Positions 25,867-38,933 of a stretch of DNA of 64,000 bases are shown here, in pieces. The position numbers and the translations under genes were made by a program. This DNA is from Eledone cirrhosa (lineage: Eukaryota). The notes below the pieces were generated by a model that was not told where the DNA came from, made no database searches, and saw only the letters and a list, made by a program, of their open reading frames with translations. The stretch is from NCBI GenBank assembly GCA_964016885.1, contig OZ024742.1, forward strand, positions 78,678,001 to 78,742,000, written 5' to 3'. Position 1 is the first letter of the stretch, and every line of letters starts with the position of its first letter.

Positions 25867-28451
25867 ATCATCATCATCATCATCATCACCGTTTTACGTC
25901 CGTTCTTCCACGCTAGCATGGGTTAGACGGGTTGTCCTGTTGTGGGCAGTGTCTGGTCGGCTGACCATGCCTTGCTCATACAGGAACTGATCTGGCTTGA
26001 TTTCTACAGCTGGATGCCCTTCCTAACACCAACCTCATTTACAGTGAGTGCTGGGTGCTTTTTCGTGGCGCCTACACGTCCACTTTACAGTGTGGGCTGG
26101 GTGCTTTTTTGCCGTGGCACCTCCACGACCACCTTGCGGTGGGGGGGGGGGGGGCATATTGTTTATATGCTTCAGCATGTACCCATGGGAGGTCGGGTAC
26201 CCTGTATTACTGCGTGACGCCAGAAGTCACGGTCGTGTGTCATTGACTTTGAGAGGTGTAGTTGGGTAAGGTCGGCTTTTATCACCTCATCCCAAGTCAT
26301 CTTGGGTCTCCCCACTCCGCGGTTTCCATCAACTTCTAGTGCTCTGCACCTTTTTATGCAGCTGTCATCCTTCATACGCATCACATGTCCATACCAGCGT
26401 AACCGCCTCTCCTGCACGCAGCATTTGATTCCTCTTATGCTCAGTCTCTCTCTCAATTCATTTATGCTTTGTCGTTCACGTATATTACTGTTACACATCC
26501 ATCGGAGCATGCAGGCTTCGTTTCTCTCTAATCTACGTAAGTCTTCCACCTTCAGCGCCCAGGTCTCACTACCATGCAACATCGCTGTTCGGATACACGC
26601 ATCATACAGTCTGCCTTTCATTCTGAGGGAGAAGCCTTTTGCAGCTAGCAGTGGTAGTAGTTCCCTAAACTTCTTCCATCCCGTTCTTACCCTAGTTATT
26701 GTACTTTCTGAGCACCCACCTCCGTTGCTAATTCGGTCACCTAGGTAGCAGAAGCTGTCTACTGTTTCTACAGGGCCCTCCCAGAGATTGGTGGTACTTG
26801 TTTCCTGTGGCTGTTTGCTTGCTGTTTCAGCACAGCTGCTGCATGTGAATCCTACATTCTTAATTAAGCTTCCTGAGATCCCGCTACATCTCTTGTGTAC
26901 CCATTGTTTGCATTTGGGGCAAAGAATGGAGTTCCTACCTACACCTTTCCTACATACTGAGCAAGGCCATTTCCCTGAGGGGATCTGGGTTCTGTTTTCT
27001 CGTCTACTTATAAGGACCTTAGTCTTTGTCATGTTGACTTTGAGGCCCTTTCTCTCTAGTCCCTGCTTCCAGGTTTGGAATTTATTCTCTAGTTCTACCA
27101 TAGATTCAGCTATGAGTGCGAGGTCATCAGCATACAGGAGTTCCCATGGGCATCCGGTCTTAAACTCCTCCGTTATTGCCTGCAGGACTATGATGAACAG
27201 GAGAGGGCTAAGAACAGAGCCCTGGTGGACCCCAACCTGTACGCTAAATTCCTCGCTATACTCATTGCCAATCCTAACTTTGCTGACTGCTCCCCTATAC
27301 ATGGCTTGTACCGCTTTCACAAGCCATTCATCTACTCCTAGTTTTCTAAGAGCCCACCAGATTACTGCACGTGGAACTCTGTCAAAGGCTTTCTCAAGGT
27401 CGACAAATGCCAAGTAGAGTGGCTTACTTTTAGCTAGGTACTTTTCCTGTAATTGCCTCACAAGGAAGAGCGCATCAGTGGTGCCTTTCCCTGGTACAAA
27501 CCCAAATTGCATCTCGTCTATATTCACCCGGTCCCTAATCAGCTGTGCTATAACTCTTTCTGTTACTTTCATGACCTGGTCCATCAACTTTATACCTCTA
27601 TAGTTTCCTCTATCTAGTGCATCGCCTTTACCTTTGTAGCAGTTGACAATGATGCTACTGCACCAATCTTTTGGTATGGCCCCCTCTAGTATTACCTGGT
27701 TAACAATACGTGTGGTTATAGTGTGACCTACAGACCCAGATGCCTTCAGCATCTCGGCAGCTATACCCGATGGACCGGTTGCCTTCCCTATCTTCATATC
27801 TCTGATTGCCTTACTTACTACGCTGCCGCTGACTTGTACTGCTGGTCCCTCTATAGGGTCTACGTGGGGTAGGGTCTCTTCTTCCCATGCATTCTCCTCA
27901 TTTAGTAATCTATCATAATGACTCTTCCATGCATCTTTCTTCTCAGCACTTGTGAGGGCAAGCTCACCTTTATCATTCCGGATACACTTCTCTCCAATGA
28001 CATCACAACTATCTCTGACACACTGCCTCGCAATCTTGAATACCTCCTGTTTCTGGTCCTCACGTTGTAAAACATGCTTGAATTTTCTATCCTCTGCTTC
28101 CCTCCTAGCTAAGTATACTTGTCGCCTAGCTTCCCTCTTGGTCTCTATGTAATGTACCCTGCTCCCCCCGTTCTTCCATTCTTTCCATGCCTGTCTCTTG
28201 GCCTTGACTGCTTCATCTACCTTATTGTTCCACCACCAAGTCACTCTCCTCCTGCTTGAGGTCTTACTCCAGCCACAAACCTCATCCGTCGCCTCTAGTA
28301 AGTTATTTTTTAGGAACTCCCAGTTCTCTTCTACGTTAAATGTCTCTATCTGTTCTTCTTTACTGTCGTAGGCGTTGAGTAAAATATCTTTAAATCTGTT
28401 ACTGGTTGAGGGGACTTTCAGCTTCCAGATCTTTCTTCTCCAGGTTGGCCT
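25867..28451 (-). mobile_element. RTE family A2, 5'-truncated, near-identical to 45707-48285
   Basis: Open RT frame 26172-28451; protein differs from the full-length copy at about two visible residues (IET/IVT, KKF/KKL). Confidence 0.95.
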
Positions 28452-29061
28452 ACATCCGCTTTTCCCTGCTTGCAATATACATATATATATATATATATAT
28501 ATATGTGATGGATGTACATATATATATAACACCTAAGTATTACTGTGTATGCATATATCATCATCATCATCGTTTAACGTCCATTTCCCAAGCAAGCATG
28601 TAGTAAACGATATATGTGTGTTTGTGTGTGTGTGTGTGTGTGTGTTTGTTTTTTGGAATAATTATACATGTATTTGAAGGTATTGATGTGTGTATGTAAC
28701 CATCTGTGTGTGTGAATATTTAGATCTAGTTATACATAAGACACATTACATAAATCTACATCTGCCAACATATACGTGGGAAATGGAAACGTGTTCTTTC
28801 TTCTGGAAAATAGAAAATTAAATGTATGTGAACGTGTATGTAGATATGTGAATGTATACATAGCGATATGATGTATATGTAGGTATGTGAATGCATATAT
28901 AGGTATATCGATTTATATGTAGGTATGTAAATGTGTATATAGGTATGTGAATGTACATGCATACATGCATCAGAGTTTAAATTAAAGGCAAGGCAGCTAA
29001 GCTGCATTTACATATATTACCATTTATATATTTAGGTGGATGCAGGATAGGACAGGATAGG

Positions 29062-29093
<32 letters not shown>

Positions 29094-30900
29094 ATACACA
29101 TATATACTTTCACCCACATCACTGTTCCTTGTCCAAACCATGACAATGCAGCTCACAATAGATATACCAACAGATGCGACACACACTCTTCTAGGCCACT
29201 TCCATGACCAGACACTTACATTTCTATAGTGTCACCCCACCCCCACCCTCCACCCAGTGGTGGTCACATGATAAAATGTACCCACTAGTGCTTGTACCAT
29301 AATAAAAGCACCCAGTCAAATATGTAAAGTACGTTACCCAGTACACCAAAAAGTTAACCTGGCTGTAGTTTCTTAACTATATAAGTTTCGCTAAAAAACA
29401 ATCTTTAGTAGACAGGCATGACACTGGCTGTCAATGAGAGTGCCTTAGAATTGTCACATAAAAAAGCCTACCTGGCACATCACCTAGTCTTCCTACATAT
29501 AGTCAAGCCATGTAGTCATTTTACCTGCAAGCAATCATAACCAAATGTTTATGCATAAATATATATGTGTGTATGTATATATATACAAGTCTGTGTTACT
29601 GACGTCTCAGACAGACTAGGGGCAACATTTCAATTACATACAATCCCTGCATGCTACATAATATATTGGGTGCTGTTTATCATGGTATCAGCACTTAGGG
29701 TGACTGTCATGTCATTGGCACAACTGAAGAGTTCTCTCACTCTTGGCAGAAACATAACTAACCTTCCTCTTAATAATCTTATGATTCGAGCATTGTTTGG
29801 CAAAATAAAATTCTGTTGGAAACTTTTAATATAATTATGAACACTTTAAGGTGGGCTATTTGGTATCATAGAACTACAGGCAGTTTCAGAAGATTGTTTT
29901 TTGTAAAAGTAAAAGTATACAAAAAAGAAAGAAAAAAAAAAAGAAACACAGAGATAGATAACTAAGGATCTAACTGAATAAATATATAAAAACATAGAAA
30001 TTAAAAGTCACATAGCTTATGTCTTTCTTGGAAAGATGGAGCTCTAAGCGAAATTTCAGCTACCTTGCTGCAAAAGTGGCCTAGAAGTTGGATAATACAA
30101 AGATGTACGTATGTACATACAAACATACATATCGTGTTTTGTCAGTGTGTTAGTCTCCACAAGTTTGCCAATCACCTACAGACATCTTGTTATTGATGTG
30201 AAAGGTGAAAATCAACTGTTACTGGATGGACAAACAATGCCCAGTTCCAGCATATCTTAGCATGATTGGGAGCAGGTGAACATGGTTTAGAAGAAACTGC
30301 AGAGCTGTCGGTCATGATATAAATCTTGTCTGATAATCTGCAAGTGTGCAGGTGTAACACCAGAGTAGCAAGTCTCACCACTGAGCCATAATAAAGATGG
30401 ACGTTAAACGATGATGATGATGATGATGATATATATATATACATTAATTCAACAGTAAGAATTGCCTAGATAAAATGTATGTAAACCTATGTGTATATAT
30501 ACACATATATAGGTGCAATGACATAAGAAGATCTGAAAGTAAGTGAATGAACTTACATAAAGATGGTAAATGATCGATTCTTAATTTCCATATATATATG
30601 TATGTGTGTATATATATATATACATATATATACACATACATACGCACACACACACACACATATACATACACATATTAACAAAGAAAATCGGAAAGATGGT
30701 AAATTCTGATTCCTAATTTCTATACAGCTGTTTCAGGAAGTAGGAGAAGTAGTACCAAATACCAAATACATGGCACCATTGTGACAAATTAGTCGAAGTG
30801 GCTTAAGGTCCTAACTTTTAACATCAATGGCTCGGACCTCAGTTAGCGTCCAGTCAAGTAGTCCAAATTTAGTGTCAACAGCCACAACAAACACATTTAA

Positions 30901-31340
30901 CTAATGTATTGGTATGCAATGGGGCCCACCCACAGCCCCGGCGGACAGAATGGAGAAGGCATTTTCCTGGAGAACGGCAAGGTAGACGCGCTGGAAAAGC
31001 CACTCCAACTCGCGGGGCTCACACCTGCGGCTGGCCAGCTCACCGCCTATGGTGGTGAGTAAGGAGGTAGCTCTGGGGCCGAGGACACCCGAAGTCTCCA
31101 CTGCCAGGGGAACGACCGCAAACCTGTTGAAGAGCGACTGGTATTTGAGGAGTTTGGCCTCCTCAGCCCGACGTGCAGCAGAACCTGGGTCAGTCGCAGC
31201 CTGCACCAGGTTGCGGCTGCAGAAAGTGTTGGTGCAAGTGGCATCCCAGAAGAGGGGTTTGCCACAGCGGAACGGGAAGATGGTCATGCCATCTGGCCTT
31301 TTGCCGTCCCCTCGATTCAGCCCCACCGGCTCGAGGTCCT
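30901..31340 (-). mobile_element. CRE-clade non-LTR retrotransposon 3' fragment (restriction-like endonuclease domain)
   Basis: EPVGL.R.DGKRPDG.T..P...GK.L.WDAT...AE..K..KY...PLAVET.G..G...FQR...AV...NA; GC-rich island. Confidence 0.8.
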
Positions 31341-31776
31341 AACAGTTGCTGTTTTTAGTATGCTGGTTGACCTGGGCATTTGTCAAACAATATGGTTAAT
31401 AATTTTATGTATTAATCAAAATTTTAATATATGTAATTCTCTTCCTAGCATTACATTTTAGTAGAGTTGTTTCCTTTTAGACCAAACGTGCTCCTACTTC
31501 TAGCAATACCATTGGCCTCCCATTTCCTTATATTATAATATCTTCACAAGTTGTTTTGAATCTATGGTGATTCGTCGTATCCAATGAGTTTAGTAAGGCA
31601 GATTTGTACTGATGGTGGGCTGGTTTGTCTTAATGTGCTATTCATTATATACACATCATCATCATCATCATCATCATCATCATTTAACGTCTATCTTCCA
31701 CACTAGCATGGGTTAGACGGGAGTTGTGCCACTTGAGGCAAGATTCGTCAGGTGACCATGTCTCGCTCATACATAC

Positions 31777-31849
<73 letters not shown>

Positions 31850-32521
31850 AAAATATGTGAAATCCTTGGTACAGTTAGTTATATTTTAAAACAAAGAAAG
31901 GAATGACTTCATATATACATACATATACACACATATATATATATATACAAACACACACACACACACATACATATATACACACACACCCACATATAAACAG
32001 ACGTATGTAAAACATTGTGCAGAATGTGTTGCATTCAAAATGTCTCATGTATGTGAATTCATTATGATCATAAAAGATAATTATTGAAACCTACTAAAAT
32101 GATTCTGCTGTTTCAAGTTAGTTCCAAAACACAAAAACAATTGTAAAAACTCATGTATCACATGGTAAGAATTATACATAAAAGAGAATACATGCATATA
32201 TATATACATATATATATATATGAGTGTGTGTGTGGGTGTGTGTGTGTGTAGATATATATATATAACACATATATATCTATATATATATATATTTGTATTT
32301 TTATATACACATATATATCTATATTTGTATATATACATATATATATATGAGTGTGTGTGTGTGTGTAGATATATATATAACACACATATATATATATGAT
32401 ATATATATATATATATGATATATATATATATATATTTGTATATACACATATATATCTATATTTGTATATATACATATATATATTTGTATATGTACATATA
32501 CATTTATATATACATTTCTAG

Positions 32522-32558
<37 letters not shown>

Positions 32559-33008
32559 AATATACATATACTTATATATATTTATACACACAAACCTTTA
32601 TATCATCATCATCATCTTCGTTTAACGTCTATGTATGTATGAAAATCTTAAAAGTGATTATTATAAAGACATCAAAGTGATAAAATAAAGCCGTATATCA
32701 ATAGGTGTTGGTCGTTTGATACACAGGATATCGGAATGGCTGGTGTGTGTATGTGAATAACATCAAATGATTGAATTGTATAATATTGTGTTTTAAGACT
32801 ACAAACAGCAGCTCAAGTTCAATAAGTTGAACTACATTGTGTAGACCATATTAATGATCATATATATATAACAATAGGAATTGGGGTTAGAGTTGAAAAT
32901 TAGGCGAAACAAAAAAGAATCTATTTAATGTTAAGAGAAATAGAAATAAATACACAATTAATGAGGAAAATGACACTTGTATGCATGATGTATGTATGTA
33001 CATAAGCA

Positions 33009-33244
33009 AGAGCCTTGTTTCAGGGGTCCCCCATGGGACAAGCCCCCCCCAAACACACACTTTTTCAAACGTCTATATTTTATTTTTTGTTTATTTGATA
33101 TAATAAATTCTTTTTAAGCTTTTTTTTTTTATAATATATAAAATTTAATTAGCGTAAAATTTTGCTTATGTGAAAGGGTCTAGGAAAGGCACCATAAGCA
33201 ATTTATGCTCCTTTAAGAATCAACAAAGGCAAACAAGGCCCCTG
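33009..33244. mobile_element. Probable MITE
   Basis: Ends AGAGCCTTGTTT / AAACAAGGCCCT are inverted. Confidence 0.45.
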
Positions 33245-33350
33245 TACATATGTATGTATGTATGTATGTGTATGTATACAGGACCAGTTTAGAACTTGGG
33301 GTACACAGAGCAATTCATTTTTTAACAAAACATACATTTGTGTATGTGTT

Positions 33351-33391
<41 letters not shown>

Positions 33392-33662
33392 AAGAAGAAG
33401 AAGCCCTTTCCAGAAAGGTAGGGTCTTTGTTTGATGAGGGAGGATCCAGGGCATTTTCCCCACTGCCCCCGATATATACAGCCCTGTATACACACACACA
33501 TACATACATATACATACATATATGCACATACATCTATACACACACACATACATATATATATACACATACATCTATACACACATGCATACATATATACACA
33601 TACATCTATACACACACACATACATATACACACACACATACATCTATATATACACACACACA

Positions 33663-34140
33663 TTTATGGATGTGTAATAGTAATATACGTGAAGGGCAGA
33701 AATTAGGAATAAGAGGGATCAGATGTTGTTTACTCGAGAGAAGACTATGTTGGTACGGTCACGTGATGCGCATGAAAGACGACAGTTGTATAAAAAAGTG
33801 CAGGGCGATAAAAATAGATGGTAGCCACGGAGTAGGCAAACCCAGAAAAACCTGGGACGACTTGATAAATTCCGACCTCACACACTTACACCTCTCCAAG
33901 ACAATGTCACTGGACCGAGATCTTTGGCGCTACAGAAGACCCGCCTTGCCTAAGTACAAAGCGAAACCTACAGTCAGTAGGCACCTCTAACAAAAATACA
34001 CCCCCGTCTCACTACCCCCACCCCATCCTCACCACCCTTTCAATGTAAAGTTATGTTGGTACCACAACATCCAGTCCGAAACAAATGAGGTCGTGTAGGT
34101 GTCACGACAAAAAAACACACAGTCCATGCTGTAATGTGGA
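33663..34140 (+). mobile_element. RTE family A1 3' fragment
   Basis: WMCNSNIRE...RCCLLERRL.WYGHV...SRHL stop and UTR, matching the reverse of ~1190-1675 with small deletions. Confidence 0.88.
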
Positions 34141-35246
34141 CACCTTCAAGGGTGTTTAAAATCTAAAATCTAGTGCAAAATATCAGCTTGCCAAATCTTT
34201 CCATATTTAAAGATGACACAGTTGTGAGTTGGTCTTATTTTAGGCCAACAGTATCCATTCCTATCTGCATTATATATGTATTTACAAAACCTTTGGTTGG
34301 CTTATATTATTGGAGTTATCTGCCTTGTTCTTTAATTTTCTTTTTAGCACTTCCAAAGGGAACTTTTTGGTTACTAATTGTATTGATAATCTTAGTTAAA
34401 GTTATTTTTTACTGAGCTAACTTTATTATTTCTGTGTATATTCAGAGTTGGGATCAGGAAGGATATCCAGCTGTAAAACAGTGTTTAAAAGAAAACCACG
34501 ATAGACATAAAGCTTGTTATGGGGTCTGCAAGGTTAACTAACCCCTTTTTAGCTTTTTTATTATATAGATATAATTACAATTTCTATTATATTGTTGTTA
34601 TTGTTTGTGATGTTTTAGTTAGTGATTTGAGATAACCAACACTGATGTTGTTTACTTTATACTATCTACTTGGTATCTCATAATTTCTGAGTTCAAATCC
34701 CACTTGGGGCTTCTTGTCACCTTTCAGCTCTACAGATTTGATAAAATAATTATTCATAATGTGCTGTGTGTGCACACAAAAAAAACACACACACACACAG
34801 TTGTTTATTTTTGCCTGTTCCTTTTATATGATCTATTTTCTTGCTGTTGTTGCTCTTCCTGTATTACTGATACATACTTCTATTATTATTCATTTATATA
34901 TTCATTTATTGTCATTCAGAAATAAATATTTTCAATCCATTTTTTTATTTTCACTCTTATATTTAATTCATTGTTGTTATTGTTTTAGTAGTTGCTGTTA
35001 TTGTTGTTATTGTAATTTTTGGTAGCCAATTGTAAGAGGAACAAAAATGGATGACAATCAGAAACTGTCAATTTCAGCTGTCTGGTGGGAAATTAACTCC
35101 TAATCTAATTTCTCACAAAAGCTTGAACCATGTATGAGAGGGAAGACAGAGCTTCGCTATTATTTTTTGTCTTTCTTTGTTACAGAAAGTGAACAATGAA
35201 TATAGTATAAGAGAAAATAGAATTGCTATATAATATATATATATTT

Positions 35247-35277
<31 letters not shown>

Positions 35278-35550
35278 AGTAACATAAAACATAGATTACA
35301 TACATGTGTGTGTGCTGCTGTAACACTGGAAGAATAAATATTGATTAATGTCTACGGCTGTGTACAACAATGCTCCCTATTCTTCAGTTGGGGAGACACA
35401 ATGAGAGAGAATTAAGATGGGATTATAAGTCAATGGACTTAACTACAGTGTAATTGAGAGGTACTTCCTTTTATTGATGGCAGTGAGAGTTGAAATTTAG
35501 AGCATTGAGATGCCAAATTATATATCATAAGACATGTTGTCCACTTCATA

Positions 35551-35957
35551 CTAGGATCAGCTGAAAGGTTCGTTGGCTGACCAAGATATTATCATGGAAT
35601 AATTAAATGAGGTTTAACCCTTTAGCATTTAAATCTGGACAGAATTCTCTCACCTCTTTCTGTTCAAACCAGCAGTAACTGGCCTCTCATACTGATGTTA
35701 AGGCATTGTTCTCAAAATATATAATTTCAAAATCTCATAGATTCGATATTATGTAAGATATCTGAGATAAAGCCTTTACCACAAAAATAAAATAATATAT
35801 ATATAGAGTAATGTAAATGCTAAAGGGTTAATTTTCAACATAGTCCTTGGAAACAAACAATGCAGTTATTAATAAAAAGAGTTGAAATTAATTCATGCTA
35901 GATTTCATTAGCATCAATGCTTCATTGTCAGCTTATGGAACTTTCAACTAGCCCTCG
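35551..35957. mobile_element. Tc1/mariner-type MITE interrupted by a piggyBac-type MITE
   Basis: TA-CTAGGATCAGCTGAAAGGTTC ... GAACTTTCAACTAGCCCTCG-TA; related ends at ~53290-53310 and 54436-54621. Confidence 0.6.
35618..35827. mobile_element. piggyBac-type MITE
   Basis: TTAA-CCCTTTAGCATTTA ... TAAATGCTAAAGGG-TTAA: perfect 14-bp TIR and TTAA TSD. Confidence 0.85.
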
Positions 35958-36444
35958 TATATCATGAGACATCTTGTCCATCTCATATATGCTATTCTTT
36001 TATTCCATAACAGTTTTCTGTCAATAAACTGTGGCCAAGCTGGAGTGCCAATGTTAAGATATTTGTTTGGTGTGATCATATTGAGTTCACTTCTTATTTC
36101 ATAGTGGCCTGATAATTTATTTTATCAATCTCTATTTAAAAACTCCCTAATTTCCAAGGCAGTGACAAACACACCATAAAATACACCAGTTTTTAATCTA
36201 GATAAATATAAAACAAACACACTCACTCATACACCTACAAATATATATATATATATTTGTGTGTGTGTGTGTTGTTTGTGTGTATATATACACAACAGGT
36301 GTATCCCCAGTTTTAAAATAATTATTCTGTATCCCTGCACATCATAAAGGGTGACATCAGATAGCAAAACACTGCCTCATAACTCCTATCTAACTCATGA
36401 TATCATGGCCATAAAAAGAAGACAATAATGATATACACACACAC

Positions 36445-36668
36445 AGACTGTAAAGTGGTCGTGTAGGTGTCTCAATAAAAAGCACCCTGTCCACACTGTA
36501 AATGTGGTTGCCATTAGAAAGGGGATTCAACCATAAAAACCAGGCCAGAATCAGTCCTGTATAAGCAAGACATGGTCATCTGATCTGGTATGTCTCACAA
36601 CAAGACAACTCATCTAACCCATGCTAGCATGGAAAAATAGATATTAAACGGTGATGATGCTGATGATA
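36445..36668 (+). mobile_element. RTE family A-type 3' UTR/tail fragment
   Basis: CTGTAAAGTGGTCGTGTAGGTG...AACCCATGCTAGCATGGAAA...GGTGATGAT. Confidence 0.8.
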
Positions 36669-37394
36669 CACACATATATACACTCACACAACCATATTTT
36701 GTACAGTTTCTAGCTACTAATATCCGCCATTTACAAGGTGTAAGTCATCTGAGGTCCGAACATGATACTTACCTAAGATGCCATACAACAGAATTGAACC
36801 AGCAACCTTATGGTGACAAAGTCAACTTCATGTATACAAAAAACATATGAACACATATTTACTATGCAGGAAATGAAAGACAGTAGGAGAAAATCAAACA
36901 GAAAGAAAATATTTTCATATCACCAGCATACTGTATATATTCATTTTGAAAATGAAAGTACAAAACCAAAGACAAAAACAAAACAAACAAAAAGAAACAG
37001 GATATATAATACATAAGGTGTACGGAAGCTGACATTGAGGATATCAACATATGTATATATATGACATTATGTCTAAACAGAAAGTAGAAATATTAGAAGA
37101 CATTATGTAGTCTGGTATTACAAAAACTACATATTGTCTAGTTTGTGATGGCAGCAATGATTATAGTCAATATATGTCAATGCTGACTCAAGAGATGCTG
37201 GAAATATTATATGATAGGTTCTGAATAGTGGGAAAGAACAAATGTTATAGAATATTTCATAGTAAATGAAAATACAAACATTATACAGTATATCCCAAAA
37301 GATTTGAGATTTTGTTCAAAAAGATGTACTTGTGTTTGTCTATATACTTTGATACAATGTATTTGTGTATGTACATACAATCATACACACAGAT

Positions 37395-37429
<35 letters not shown>

Positions 37430-37437
37430 TATATATG

Positions 37438-37509
<72 letters not shown>

Positions 37510-37973
37510 CAGACACACAAATACATATGTATGTATAACCCATGCTAGCGTGGAAAGTGGACGTTAAACGAGGATGCTGATGATGGTGTGTGTGTGTGTG
37601 TACGAGCGTAAATGTATTTCTTTTCGTGAATGAGTGAGGATGTTTAAATGGCTGTATGCTTGTGTTCATGATTATTTTAATGTTAGACTGAACAATGTGT
37701 CTGTGTGTGTGTCTATGTGTGTTTCTGTGTATGCAAGTGTGTGTGAAATATATTTGCAGGATATTTCTTTTAGTACTTCTGTTTGAGTGGTTGTATGCAG
37801 GCATGAGTGTAGACACTGCAAATGTTTGGGTTTATCCATTCAATCTGTGGTGTTTGTAGGTGGTCCGTATAATTGTTTAAGTGATTATGCTCTCCAGTGC
37901 ATAAATATGTATTTACATAAATATTATACACACACATATGTATATATATACACACACACACACATATATATAT

Positions 37974-38057
<84 letters not shown>

Positions 38058-38181
38058 GCATGTATGTGTGTGTGGGTGTATCGGAATGCATAATCAATTA
38101 CAGATAATTGTTGTTGTTGTTAATGATCCCATTTGGAACTGAAAGAACTATGATTAAATTAATGATTTCAATACACCGGCT

Positions 38182-38766
38182 CAGAGCAGGAGAGTTAAGG
38201 CGAAAAAGATATCAGATGCTGAATTTGCCGACGACATAGTTTTGGTGACAAACACAGTGAAGGAGGCAGAGGATTTGATGCAGGAGGTTGAGACTGTGTC
38301 GATGAGTGTGGGGCTGAGAATGAATGAGATTAAGACAAAATATCTGGTAGAGAATGTTGAGAAGCCAGAAGGGATTACTAATGTAGGTGGGAAGCCACTA
38401 GAATTGGTTGAGAACTTCCTGTATTTGGGAGCAAAGATTGGGAATACGGAAGATGATGTGGTCGAGAAGAAGAGCAAAGCCTGGGCGGCGTGCCACAGCT
38501 TGAGATCGGTGTGGAAGTCAGACCTTCGTGAAGACCTGAAGATCCGCGTCGTCATTGCTGTAGTGGAGTCTGTGCTGCTGTACGGGTCTGAGACTTGGAC
38601 ACTGACCAAGAAACTCACTCAGATGGTGAATGGGTGCTACACGAGAATGCCGAGGATGGCTCTGAACATTAATCAGTATACACTGATGATGAAAAACTCA
38701 GAGCTGTATGGGAGCCTCCCAAAAGTCAGCTCAAAAGTGACACAGAGAAGACTGAGGTTAGCGTGA
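38182..38766 (+). mobile_element. RT fragment of a different RTE-like LINE family, without PHD insert
   Basis: FADDIVL...GLRMNEIKTK...VENFLYLG...VLLYGSETW...RRLRLA. Confidence 0.85.
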
Positions 38767-38870
38767 TTTTAACGTGTGGCATTGTTTGACTCAACAAGAT
38801 GTTTACTTAGTTGTGGCATTCGGATGGCCGATTCCAGACAGTTCCTAGGTAAGCAGTTCCTGGAGTATTA

Positions 38871-38933
38871 ATAATGAAGGAATGAAGAATAACACGTATA
38901 GCTTATCAGTGTTATTCTTCACTCCTTCATTAT
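38871..38933. repeat. 25-bp-arm hairpin abutting (TA)n
   Basis: ATAATGAAGGAATGAAGAATAACAC / GTGTTATTCTTCACTCCTTCATTAT, one mismatch, 13-nt loop. Confidence 0.85.
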
